The notes below the pieces were generated by a model, which was given only the letters and a program-made list of their open reading frames with translations, had not been told where the DNA came from and did no database searches. From Scyliorhinus canicula (taxonomy: Eukaryota), in assembly GCF_902713615.1 (NCBI RefSeq), contig NC_052159.1:4972018-5036017 (forward strand): a stretch of DNA of 64,000 nt, in the 5' to 3' direction. Made by a program: the position numbers and the translations under genes. Positions 50,389 through 62,900 of this stretch are shown one piece after another (the first letter of the stretch is position 1; every line of letters starts with the position of its first letter).

Positions 50389-53300
50389 TGTACTGCCCCG
50401 CTCGATCCCCTCACCTGTACTGCCCCGCTCGATCCCCTCACCTGTACTGCCGTGCTCGATCCCCTCACCTGTACTGCCGCGCTCGATCCCCTCACCTGTA
50501 CTGCCGCGCTCGATCCCCTCACCTGTACTGCCGCGCTCGATCCCCTCACCTGTACTGCCGCGCTCGATCCCCTCACCTGTACTGCCGCGCTCGATCCCCG
50601 CACCTGTACTGCCGCGCTCGATCCCCGCACCTGTACTGCCGCGCTCGATCCCCTCACCTGTACTGCCGCGCTCGATCCCCTCAGCTGTACTGCCGCGCTC
50701 GATCCCCTCACCTGTACTGCCGCGCTCGATCCCCTCACCTGTACTGCCGCGCTCGATCCCCTCACCTGTACTGCCGCGCTCGATCCCCTCACCTGTACTG
50801 CCGCGCTCGATCCCCTCACCTGTACTGCGGCGCTCGATCCCCTCACCTGTACTGCCGCGCTCGATCCCCGCACCTGTACTGCCGCGCTCGATCCCCTCAC
50901 CTGTACTGCCGCGCTCGATCCCCTCAGCTGTACTGCCGCACACTGACAGTCAGGGACCTATACACGGACGACAGGATCGCAACACTGGACGAACTGACAG
51001 AGAAATTTCAGCTAGCTGGGGGGAACGAGCTACGGTACCTGCAGCTCAAAAACTTCCTACGAAAGGAGACAAGGACGTACCCACAACCGCCACGACAGAC
51101 ACTACTGGAAGACCTACTGGACGCAAGTATCCTAGAGAAAGGGAACTGTAGTGACATGTATGACCGACTGGTAGATAGGGACGACACCGTACTGGACGCA
51201 ACAAGAAGGAAATGGGAGGACGACCTGGGGATGGAGATGGGGTGGGGACTCTGGAGCGAAGCACGGCATAGGGTCAACTCCACCTCCACGTGCGCAAGGC
51301 TCAGCCTGACGCAACTAAAAGTGGGACATAGAGCCCACTTCACGAGAAACCGTATGAGTAGGTTCTTCCCGGAGGTGGAGGACAAATGTGAGCGGTGCCA
51401 GAGAGGCCCGGCCAACCACGCCCACATGTTCTGGTCTTGCCCCAGACTTGTGGAGTACTGGACAGCCTTCTTCGAGGCTATGTCCAAAGTGGTGGGGGTG
51501 AGGGTGGAGCCATGCCCGATAGTGGCGGTCTTCGGCGTTTCAGACCAGCCAGATCTATTCCTGGGGAGGAGGGCGGACGCCCTTACCTTTGCCTCCCTGA
51601 TTGCCCGCCGTAGAATCCTGTTTGGCTGGCGGTCAGCAGCACCACCCAGAGCTGCAGACTGGCTGTCCGACCTCTCGGAATCTCTCCAAATGGAGAAAAT
51701 CAAATTCGCCATCCGAGGGTCGGACGACGGCTTCCACAGAACGTGGGAGCCATTCATGCAACTGTTCCGGGACCTGTTTGTGGCCAACGTACATGAGGAA
51801 GAATAGTCGGGTGGCCAAGAACCAGGGGAAAATGGACGGGAATCGGGGGAAGGTAGCCGGGGTGGGGGGGGGGGGGGGGTTACGGGCTTGGTATGGGGGT
51901 TTGATGGCAAGCCAAGGCCCAAAACCAAACTGTAAATAAATGCCTATAAACATGTGCCTCGGCCATATTGGGGAATGTAAAATATGTATGCTGGCTAAAG
52001 GGGGCGGCCACAATTATTGTTATGAAGATGCTTACCTGTAAATATTCATGTTAAATTTTTGTGTTTTCCTTTTTTTTTTCTCTCTCTCTAATAACTTGTA
52101 ATTTGTCATATATAAAATATGAAAACTCAATAAAAAAACATTTATAAAAAAAAGCTGTACTGCCGCGCTCGATCCCCTCAGCTGTACTGCCGCGCTCGAT
52201 CCCCTCACCTGTACTGCCGAGCTCGATCCCCTCAGCTGTACTGCCCCGCTCGATCCCCTCACCTGTACTGCCGCGCTCGATCCCCTCACCTGTACTGCGG
52301 CGCTCGATCCCCTCACCTGTACTGCGGCGCTCGATCCCCTCACCTGTACTGCCGCGCTCGATCCCCTCACCTGTACTGCCCCGCTCGATCCCCTCACCTG
52401 TACTGCCGAGCTCGATCCCCTCAGCTGTATTCCGCGCTCGATCCCCTCACCTGTACTGCCGCGCTCGATCCCCTCACCTGTACTGCCGCGCTCGATCCCC
52501 TCACCTGTACTGCCGCGCTCGATCCCCTCAGCTGCACTGCCGCGCTCGATCCCCTCACCTGTACTGCCCCGCTCGATCCCCTCACCTGTACTGCCGAGCT
52601 CGATCCCCTCACCTGTACTGCCGCGCTCGATCCCCTCACCTGTACTGCCCCGCTCGATCCCCTCACCTGTACTGCCGCGCTCGATCCCCTCACCTGTACT
52701 GCCGAGCTCGATCCCCTCAGCTGTATTCCGCGCTCGATCCCCTCACCTGTACTGCCCCGCTCGATCCCCTCACCTGTACTGCCCCGCTCGATCCCCTCAC
52801 CTGTACTGCCGCGCTCGATCCCCTCACCTGTACTGCCACGCTCGATCCCCTCACCTGTACTGCCCCGCTCGATCCCCTCAGCTGTACTGCCGCGCTCGAT
52901 CCCCTCACCTGTACTGCCGAGCTCGATCCCCTCAGCTGTACTGCCCCGCTCGATCCCCTCACCTGTACTGCCGCGCTCGATCCCCTCACCTGTACTGCGG
53001 CGCTCGATCCCCTCACCTGTACTGCGGCGCTCGATCCCCTCACCTGTACTGCCGCGCTCGATCCCCTCACCTGTACTGCCGCGCTCGATCCCCTCACCTG
53101 TACTGCCCCGCTCGATCCCCTCACCTGTACTGCCGCGCTCGATCCCCTCACCTGTACTGCCGCGCTCGATCCCCTCACCTGTACTGCCGCGCTCGATCCC
53201 CGCACCTGTACTGCCCCGCTCGATCCCCTCACCTGTACTGCCCCGCTCGATCCCCTCACCTGTACTGCCCCGCTCGATCCCCTCACCTGTACTGCCGCGC

Positions 53301-55294
53301 TCGATCCCCTCAGCTGCACTGCCGCGCTCGATCCCCTCACCTGTACTGCCCCGCTCGATCCCCTCACCTGTACTGCCGAGCTCGATCCCCTCACCTGTAC
53401 TGCCGCGCTCGATCCCCTCACCTGTACTGCCGCGCTCGATCCCCTCACCTGTACTGCCCCGCTCGATCCCCTCACCTGTACTGCCGCGCTCGATCCCCTC
53501 ACCTGTACTGCCGCGCTCGATCCCCTCACCTGTACTGCCCCGCTCGATCCCCTCACCTGTACTGCCGCGCTCGATCCCCTCACCTGTACTGCCGAGCTCG
53601 ATCCCCTCAGCTGTATTCCGCGCTCGATCCCCTCACCTGTACTGCCCCGCTCGATCCCCTCACCTGTACTGCCCCGCTCGATCCCCTCACCTGTACTGCC
53701 GCGCTCGATCCCCTCACCTGTACTGCCACGCTCGATCCCCTCACCTGTACTGCCCCGCTCGATCCCCTCACCTGTACTGCAGCGCTCGATCCCCTCACCT
53801 GTACTGCCGCGCTCGATCCCCTCACCTGTACTGCCGCGCTCGATCCCCTCACCTGTACTGCCGCGCTCGATCCCCTCACCTGTACTGCCGCGCTCGATCC
53901 CCTCACCTGTACTGCCGCGCTCGATCCCCTCACCTGTACTGCCCCGCTCGATCCCCTCACCTGTACTGCCCGCTCGATCCCCTCACCTGTACTGCCGCGC
54001 TCGATCCCCTCACCTGTACTGCCGCGCTCGATCCCCTCACCTGTACTGCCCTGCTCGATCCCCTCACCTGTACTGCCGCGCTCAATCCCCTCACCTGTAC
54101 TGCCCCGCTCGATCCCCTCACCTGTACTGCCCCGCTCGATCCCCTCACCTGTACTGCCCGCTCGATCCCCTCACCTGTACTGCCCGCTCGATCCCCTCAC
54201 CTGTACTGCCGCGCTCGATCCCCTCACCTGTACTGCCCCGCTCGATCCCCTCACCTGTACTGCCCCGCTCGATCCCCTCACCTGTACTGCCGCGCTCGAT
54301 CCCCTCACCTGTACTGCCGCGCTCGATCCCCTCACCTGTACTGCCCCGCTCGATCCCCTCACCTGTACTGCAGCGCTCGATCCCTCACCTGTACTGCCGC
54401 GCTCGATCCCCTCACCTGTACTGCCGCGCTCGATCCCCTCACCTGTACTGCCGCGCTCGATCCCCTCACCTGTACTGCCGCGCTCGATCCCCTCACCTGT
54501 ACTGCCCGCTCGATCCCCTCACCTGTACTGCCCCGCTCGATCCCCTCACCTGTACTGCCGCGCTCGATCCCCTCACCTGTACTGCCCTGCTCGATACCCT
54601 CACCTGTACTGCCCGCTCGATCCCCTCACCTGTACTGCCCCGCTCGATCCCCTCACCTGTACTGCCCCGCTCGATCCCCTCACCTGTACTGCCCCGCTCG
54701 ATCCCCTCACCTGTACTGCCGCGCTCGATCCCCTCACCTGTACTGCCCTGCTCGATCCCCTCACCTGTACTGCCGCGCTCAATCCCCTCACCTGTACTGC
54801 CCCGCTCGATCCCCTCACCTGTACTGCCCCGCTCGATCCCCTCACCTGTACTGCCCGCTCGATCCCCTCACCTGTACTGCCCGCTCGATCCCCTCACCTG
54901 TACTGCCCCGCTCGATCCCCTCACCTGTACTGCAGCGCTCTATCCCCTCACCTGTACTGCCGCGCTCGATCCCCTCACCTGTACTGCCGCGCTCGATCCC
55001 CTCACCTGTACTGCCGCGCTCGATCCCCTCACCTGTACTGCCGCGCTCGATCCCCTCACCTGTACTGCCGCGCTCGATCCCCTCACCTGTACTGCCGCGC
55101 TCGATCCCATCACCTGTACTGCCGCGCTCGATCCCATCACCTGTACTGCCGCGCTCGATCCCCTCACCTGTACTGCCCGCTCGATCCCCTCACTTGTACT
55201 GCTGCGTGCGATCTCCTCACCTGTACTGCCGCACTCGATCCCCTCACCTGTACTGCCGCGCTCGATCCCCTCACCTGTACTGCCGCGCTCGATC
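50384..55294 (-). repeat. 27-bp minisatellite (~135 units) derived from the LAMTOR1 exon 3 / intron 3 junction
   Basis: Minus-strand unit GATCGAGCGCGGCAGTACAGGTGAGGG; blocks 50384-50939 (~20 units) and 52153-55294 (~116 units); the terminal unit overlaps the exon. Confidence 0.97.
50940..52152 (+). mobile_element. 5'-truncated L1/Tx1-clade LINE inserted in the 27-bp array
   Basis: Open frame ending CERC..PANHAHMFWSCP...WEPF; 3' UTR, AATAAA and poly-A; 14-bp TSD AGCTGTACTGCCGC (50926-50939 and 52153-52166). Confidence 0.9.
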
Positions 55295-55352
55295 CATGTA
55301 CTCGTGCTGCTCCATGCTCTGTGAATCTGCGGCTGACACATCGATGATGTTA
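55275..55352 (-). CDS. LAMTOR1: LAMTOR1 exon 3 ([26 protein letters not shown]); upstream exons not found in the window
   Basis: 78-nt exon, acceptor CCTTCCATCCCCAG, donor CAG|GTGAGG; matches p18 [26 protein letters not shown]; phase 2 joins the exon at 46730. Confidence 0.97.
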
Positions 55353-56094
55353 CTGGGGATGGAAGGACAATCACGTTAGTGAGCTGCAGCAGGGGCCAGT
55401 GGGATATGTTTTTCTAACCCAACATGCCTAGAGTGCCTCGTCTGGTCAACCGGCTCTCAGTCAGCTTCACGAGTGGCGAGAGCAGCAGTGTCGCAAGCGG
55501 GCAGCTTCAGCCACAACAGCAAATCAGACACAAAAAACACACACAGGAAGAGACCAACTGGTCCCAACCAAACACTGCAGTTTCAGAGGTCCTTTAACAC
55601 CCTTCTCCCTACCAGCTCACACACTGCCCACACATCCTTTTGAGAGGCCAAACAGACTGAAAATAAATTGGACAAATGCCCCCGAAATCCTAAAGACATC
55701 CAAGCCTCAGAGTAAATTACATTGGATCATACAACACAGGCCATTTGACCCAACTAGTCCATGCTGGTGTATATGCTCCATCCGAGCCTTCGCCCAGTGT
55801 AGCGAATACCATCAGAGTAACCTTATACTGTATTCCTTTCTCCCTCATCTGCTGAGCTTCCCCCGATGCATCCAATCTATCTGTCTCAATCACCCTTTGT
55901 GGTGAGTTCCACATTCTTCCAACTCTCTGGGTAACAAAAAATGCTCCCCCTCAACTCCCACTTTTATTAATTTATTATTGACAACAACAACAACAAGGGC
56001 AGCAGGGTGGTACAGCGGTTAGCACTGCTGCCTCAGCACCAGGGTGGCATGGTGGTACAGTGGTTAATAATAATAATCACTTATTGTCACAAGT

Positions 56095-59000
56095 ACAAAG
56101 AACAAAGAAAAGTACAGCACAGGAACAGGCCCTTCGGCCCTCCAAGCCCGTGCCGACCATGCAGCCTGTCTTCACAGCGCCAGGGTCCCAGGTTCGATTC
56201 CCCGCTGGGTCACTGTCTGTGTGGAGTTTGCATGTTCTCCCCGTGTCTGCGTGGGTTTCCTCCGGGTGCTCCGGTTTCCTCCCACAGTCCAAAGACGTGC
56301 AGGTTAGGTGGATTGGCTATGCTAAATTGCCCTTAGTGATCAAAAAGGTTAGGAGGGGTTATTGGATTATGGGGATAGGGTGGATGTAAAGGGACTAAGT
56401 GGGTCGGTGCTGACTCGATGGGCCGAATGGCCTCCTTCTGCACTATATGCTCTATGTTCTAAACTAAAATCTTCTACACTTCATGGGTCCGTATCCCTCT
56501 ATTCCCAACATTATTCTTGTATTTGTCAAGATGCCCCTTAAATGTCACTATCGTCCCTGCTTCCAGCACCTCCTCCGGCAGCGAGTTCCAGGCACCCACT
56601 ACCCTCTGTGTAAAAAAATACTCGCCTCGTAAATCTCCTCTAAACCTTGCCCCTCGCACCTTAAACCTATGCCTCCAAGTAATTGACCCCTCTACACTGG
56701 GGAAAAGTCTCCGACTGTCCACTCTGTCTATGCCCCTCATAATTTTGTAGTCCTCTATCAGGTCACCCCTCAACCTCCGTCATTACAGTGAGAACAAACC
56801 GAGTTTATTCAACCGTTCCTCATAGCTAATGCCCTCCATACCAGGCAACATCCTGGTACATTTCTTCTGCACCCTCTCTAAAGCCTCCACATCCTTCTGG
56901 TAGTGTGGCGACCAGAATTAAACACTATACTCCAAACGTGGCCTAACTAAGGTTCTACACAGCTGCAACACGACTTGCCAATTCTTATACTCAATGCCCC
57001 GGCCAATGAAGGCAAGCATGCCGTATGCCTTCTTGACTACCTTCTCCACCTGTGTTGCCCCTTTCAGTGACCTGTGGACCTGTACACCTAGATCGCTCTG
57101 ACTTTCAATACTCTTCATATTTTTTTTTAATAAACAATTTTATTGAGGTAGTTTTTGGCTTTATAAACAGTTACAGACATCATCAGAAAGGAAGCAAAAA
57201 AGGCAAAAATGTGCAAACGTCCACGTACTTTCAATACTTCCATCGTACCGTATTGCACAAGCCCGCTCCCCTCCCACCCGTACTACCCGCCATATTTTCC
57301 CTCCTACTCTACTCTACCCTACCCCCCCCACCCCCCTGCTGACGCTCACTCTCCCGCAAAGAAGTCAATAAATGGTTGCCACCTCGGGGTGAACCCCAGT
57401 ACAGATCCCCTCAAGGCGAACTTAATTTTTTCCATCCCCAGGAAACTTGACATGTCCGCAAGCCACCACTCAGTCTTCGGGGGCTTTGAGTCCCTCCACG
57501 CCAATAATATTCGTCGCCGGGCTATCAGGGAAGCAAAGGCCAGCACATCGGCCGCTTTCTCCCCCTGGACGCCCGGGTCTTCCGAAACCCCAAAAATTGC
57601 CACCCCTGGACTCATCACCACCCTTGTTTTTAGCACCTGGGACATGACCCCCGCAAATCCCTCCCAGTACCCCCTCAGCTCAGGGCATGCCCAAAACATG
57701 TGCACATGGTTCGCTGGTCCTCCCGCGCACCTAGCGCATTTGTCCTCTATCCCGAAAAATTTGCTCATCCGAGCCACCGTCATATGGGCCCGGTGAACGA
57801 CCTTAAATTGGATCAGCCCGAGCCTAGCACATGTCGCGGTCGAGTTTACCCTACTCAGGGCCTCTGCCCACAGCCCATCCTCCATTTCCCCGCCCAGCTC
57901 CTCCTCGACTTTCAATACTCTTGATGGTTCTACCATTCACTGTATATTCCCTACCTGCATTAGACCTTCCAAAATGCATTACCTTACATTTGTCCGGATT
58001 AAACTCCATCTGCCATCTCTCCGCCCAAGTCTCCAACTGATCTAAATCCTGCTGTATCCTCTGACAGTCCTCATCGCTATCCGCAATTCCACCAACCTTT
58101 GTGTCATCTGCAAACTTACTAATCAGACCAGTTTCATTTTCCTCCAAATCATTTATATATACCACAAACAGCAAATGTCCCAGCACTGATCCCTGTGGAA
58201 TACCACTAGTCACAGCCCTCCAATTAGAAAAGCACCCTTCCATTGTTACTCTCTGCCTTCTGTGACCTAGCCAGTTCTGTATCCACCTTGCCAGCTCACC
58301 CCAGATCCCGTGCAACTTCATCTTTTGTACGTCTGCCATGAGGGACCTTGTCAAAGGCCTTATTGAAGTCCATATAGACAACATCCACTGCCTTACCTGC
58401 ATCAGTCATCTTTGTGGCCTCCTCGAAAATCTTGATCAAGTTAGTGAGACACGACCTCCCCTTCACAAAACCATGCTGCCTCTCACTAATACGTCCATTT
58501 GCTTCCAAATGGGAGTAGATCCTGTCTCGAAGAATTCTCTCCAGTAATTACCCTACCACTGACGTAAGGCTCACCGGTCTGTAGTTCCCTGGATTATCCT
58601 TGCTACCCTTCTTAAACAAAGCAATAACATTGGCTATTCTCCAGTCCTCCGGGACATCACCTGAAGACAGTGAGGATCCAAAGATTTCTGTCACGGCCTC
58701 AGCAATTTCCTCTCTTGCCTCTTTCAGTATTCTGGGGTAGATCCCATCAGGCCCTGGAGATTTATCTACCTTAATATTTTTCAAGACGCCCAACATCTCG
58801 TCTTTTTGGATCTCAATGTGACCCAGGCTATCTACACACCCTTCTCCAGACTCAACAACCACCAATTCCTCCTCTTTGGTGAATACTGATGCAAAGTATT
58901 CATTTAGTACCTCGCCCATTTCCTCAGGCTCCTCACATAGATTCCCTTGCCTATCCTTTAGTGGGCCAACCCATTCCCTGGCTACCCTCTTGCTTTTTAT

Positions 59001-59640
59001 GTACGTGTAAAAAGCCTTGGGATTTTCCTTAACCCTATTTGCCAATGACTTTTCGTGACCTCTTCTAGCCCTCCTAATTCCTTGCTTAAGTCCCTTCCTA
59101 CTTTCCTTATATTCCACACAGGCTTTGTCTGTTCCCAGCCTTCTAGCCCTGACAAATGCCTCCTTTTTCTTTTTGACGAGGCCTACAATATCTCTCGTTA
59201 TCCACGGTTCCCGAAATTTGCCATATTTATCCTTCTTCTACACAGGAACATGCCGGTCCTGAATTCCTTTCAACTGACACTTGAAAGCCTCCCACATGTC
59301 AGCTGTTGATTTATCCTCAAACATCCGCCCCCAATCTAGGTTCTTCAGTTCCCGCCTAATATTGTTATAATTAGCCTTCCCCCAATTTAGCACATTCACC
59401 CGAGGGCCACTCTTATCCTTGTCCACCAGCACTTTAAAACTTACTGAATTATGGTCACTGTTCCCGAAATGGTCCCCTGAAACTTCTCCCACCTGGCCGG
59501 GCTCATTCCCCAATACCAGGTCCAGTACAGCCCCTTCCCTAGTTGGACTTATTGTTTTAAGAAGCCCTCCTGGATGCTCCTTACAAACTCTGCCCTGTCT
59601 AAGCCCCTCGCACTACGTGAGTCCCAGTCAATATTGGGGT
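56095..59640 (-). mobile_element. CR1 LINE (partial EN + RT + 3' UTR) with a nested V-SINE (56171-56457) and L1 fragment
   Basis: GDHFGNSDHNSV, KSPGPDGIYP, NYRPVSLTS, KFADDTK and RGDLIE; tail (CTTTGTT)n. Confidence 0.88.
57116..57906 (-). mobile_element. 5'-truncated L1/Tx1-clade LINE inserted in CR1
   Basis: CARCAGGPANHVHMFWACP knuckle; poly-A; 16-bp TSD GACTTTCAATACTCTT (57100-57115 and 57907-57922). Confidence 0.9.
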
Positions 59641-59992
59641 CAAAGTAGGTTTCAATGAAGTTACTGTGAAAAGCCCCTAGTCACCACATTTCGGCACCTG
59701 TTCAGGGAGGCTGGTACGGGAATTGAACTCGCATTGCTGGCCTTGTTCTACATTACAAGCCAGCTGTTTAGCCCACTGTGCTAAACCAGCCCCAAGGTTA
59801 GCACTGTTGCTTCACAGCGCCAGGGTGGCATGGTGGCACAGTGGTTAGCACTGCTGCCTCATAGCGCCAGGGACCCGGCTTCAATTCCGGCCTTGGGTAC
59901 TGTCTGTGCTGTGTTCTCTCAGTGTCTGCGTGGGTTTCCTCCGGGTGCTCCGGTTTCCTTCCACAGTCCAAATGTGCAGGTTAGGTGGATTA

Positions 59993-62900
59993 GAACAAAG
60001 AACAAAGAAAATTACAGCACAGGAACAGGCCCTTCGGCCCTCCCAGCCTGCGCCAATCCAGATCCTTTATCTAAACCTGTCTCCTATTTTCCAAGGTCTA
60101 CTTCCCTCTGTTCCCCACCCGTTCATATATCTGTCCAGATGCTTCTTAAATGATGCTATCGTGCCCGCCTCTACCACCTCCGCTGGTAAAGCGTTCCAGG
60201 CACCCACCACCCTCTGCGTAAAAAACTTTCCACGCACATCTCCCTTAAACTTTCCCCCTCTCACTTTGAAATCGTGACCCCTTGTAACTGACACCCCCAC
60301 TCTTGGGAAAAGCTTGTTGCTATCCACCCTGTCCATACCTCTCATAATTTTGTAGACCTCAATTAGGTCCCCCCTCAACCATACAATCCTAATCTACTCA
60401 ACCTTTCTTCATAGCTAGCACCTTCCATACCAGGCAACATCCTGGTGAACCTCCTCTGCACCCTCTCCAAGGCATCCACATCCTTCTGGTAATGTGGCGA
60501 CCAGAACTGCACGCAGTATTCCAAATGTGGCCGAACCAAAGTCCTATACAACTGTAACATGACCTGCCAACTCTTGTACTCAATACCCTGTCCGATGAAG
60601 GCAAGCATGCTGTATGCCTTCTTGACCACTCTATTGACCTGCCACCTTCAGGGTACAATGGACCTGAACTCCCAGATCTCTCTGCACATCAATTTTTCCC
60701 AAGACCCTTCCATTGACCATATAGCCCGCTCTTGAATTTGATCTTCCAAAATGCATCACCTCGCATTTGCCTGGATTGAACTCCATCTGCCATTTCTCTG
60801 CCCAACTCTCCAATCTATCTATATTTTGTTGTATTCTCTGACAGTCCTCCTCACTATCTGCAACTCCACCAATCTTAGTATCATCTGCAAACTTGCTAAT
60901 CAGACCATCTATACCTTCCCCCAGGTCATTTATGTAGATCGCAAACAACAGTGGTCCAAGCACGGATCCCTGTGGAACACCACTAGTCACCCTTCTCCAT
61001 TTTGAGACACTCCCTTCCACCACTACTCTCTGTCTCCTGTTGCCCAGCCAGTTCTTTATCCATCTAGCTAGTACACCCTGAACCCCATACGACTTCACTT
61101 TTTCCATCAACCTGCCATGGGAAACCTTATCAAACGCCTTACTAAAGTCCATGTATACGACATCTACAGCCCTTCACTCATCAATTAACTTTGTCACTTC
61201 CTCAAAGAATTCTATTAGGTTTGTAAGACATGACCTTCCCTGCACAAAACCATGCTGTCTATCACTGATAAGTCTATTTTCTTCCAGATGTGAATAGATC
61301 CTATCCCTCAGTATCTTCTCCAACAGTTTGCCTACCACTGACGTCAAGCTCACAGGTCTATAATTCCCTGGATCATCCCTGCTACCCTTCTTAAACAAAG
61401 GGACAACATTAGCAATTCTTCAGTCCTCCGGGACCTCACCCGTGCTCAAAGATGCTGCAAAGATATCTGTTAAGGCCCCAGCTATTTCGTCCCTCGCTTC
61501 CCTCAGTAACCTGGGATAGATCCCATCCGGTCCTGGGGACTTGTTCACCTTAATGTCTTTTAGAATACCCAAAACTTCCCCCTTCCATATGACAACTTGA
61601 CCGAGAGTATTTAAACATCCATCCCTAGCCTCAACATCCGTCTTGTCCCTCTCCTTTGGGAATACCGATGCAAAGTACTCATTAAGAATCTCATCCATTT
61701 CCTCTGAGTCCACGCATAAATTTCCTCTTTTGTCTTTAAGTGGGCCAATCCTTTCTCTAGTTACCCTCTTGTTCCTTACATACGAATAAAATGCTTTGGG
61801 ATTTTCCTTAACCCTGTTAGCCAAAGATATTTTATGACCCCTTTTAGCCCTCTTTATTGCGCGTTTGAGATTCGTCCTACTTTCCCGATATTCCTCCAAA
61901 GCTTCATCAGTTTTGAGTTGCCTTGATCCTATGTATGCTTCCTTTTTCATCTTAGCTAGTCTCACAATTGCACCCGTCATCCATGGTTCCCGAATCTTGC
62001 CATTTCTATCTTTCATTTTCACAGGAACATGTCTGTCCTGCTCTCTAATCAACCTTTCCTTAAAAGACTTCCACATTTCAAATGTGGATTTACCCTTAAA
62101 CAGCTGCTCCCAATCCACATTCCCTAGCTCCTGCCGAATTTTGTTATACTCTGCCTTTCCCCAATTTAGCACTCTTCCTTTCGGACCCCTCCTGTCCTTG
62201 TCCATGAGTATTCTAAAACTTACGGAATTGTGATCGCTATTCCCAAAGTAATCACCGACTGAAACATCAACCACCTGGCCGGGATCATTCCCCAATACCA
62301 GGTCCAGTATGGCCCCTTCCCGAGTTGGACTATTTATATACTGCTCTAAAAAACTCTCCTGGATGCTCCTTACAAACTCTGCTCCATCTACGCCTCCAAC
62401 ACTACACGAATCCCATTCAATGTTAGGGAAGTTAAAATCTCCCATCTATAATCTGTCTGCATATATTTGTACCTCTACTTTATGCTCGCTTTTGGGAGGC
62501 CTGTAGTAAAGTCCCAACAATGTTACTGCACCCTTCCTATTTCTCAGCTCCACCCATATTGCCTCAGTGCTCAAATCCTCCATCATGCCCTCCTTAATCA
62601 CAGCTGTGATATCATCTCTGACGAGTAATGCAACTCCTCCACCCCTTCTACTCCCTCTCTATCCCTCCTGAAGCATCTATACCCTGGGATATTCAGTTGC
62701 CAGTCCTGCCCTTCCCTCAACCAAGTCTCAGTAATACCAATAGCATCATATTCCCAGGTACTGATCCAAGCCCTAAGTTCATCTGCCTTACCTGCTACAC
62801 TTCTCGCATTAAAACAAATGCACCTCAGACCACCTTTGCGTTCATCATCTCTTCCCTGTCTACTCTTCCCCTTAGTCACATTGAGTTTATTGTCTCGTAC

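Noticed and set aside
50232-51806. 524-aa ORF
   Set aside because: Chance in-frame chimera of a CR1 remnant, 27-bp repeat units (HLYCRARSP)n and the L1 C-terminus; antisense within a LAMTOR1 intron
50384-55294. CRISPR-like array
   Set aside because: Head-to-tail repeats with no unique spacers, no cas genes, vertebrate context
52032-55374. (VRGSSAAVQ)n ORFs as a repetitive extension of LAMTOR1
   Set aside because: These are in a different frame from exon 3; the LAMTOR1 frame hits TGA immediately after the donor
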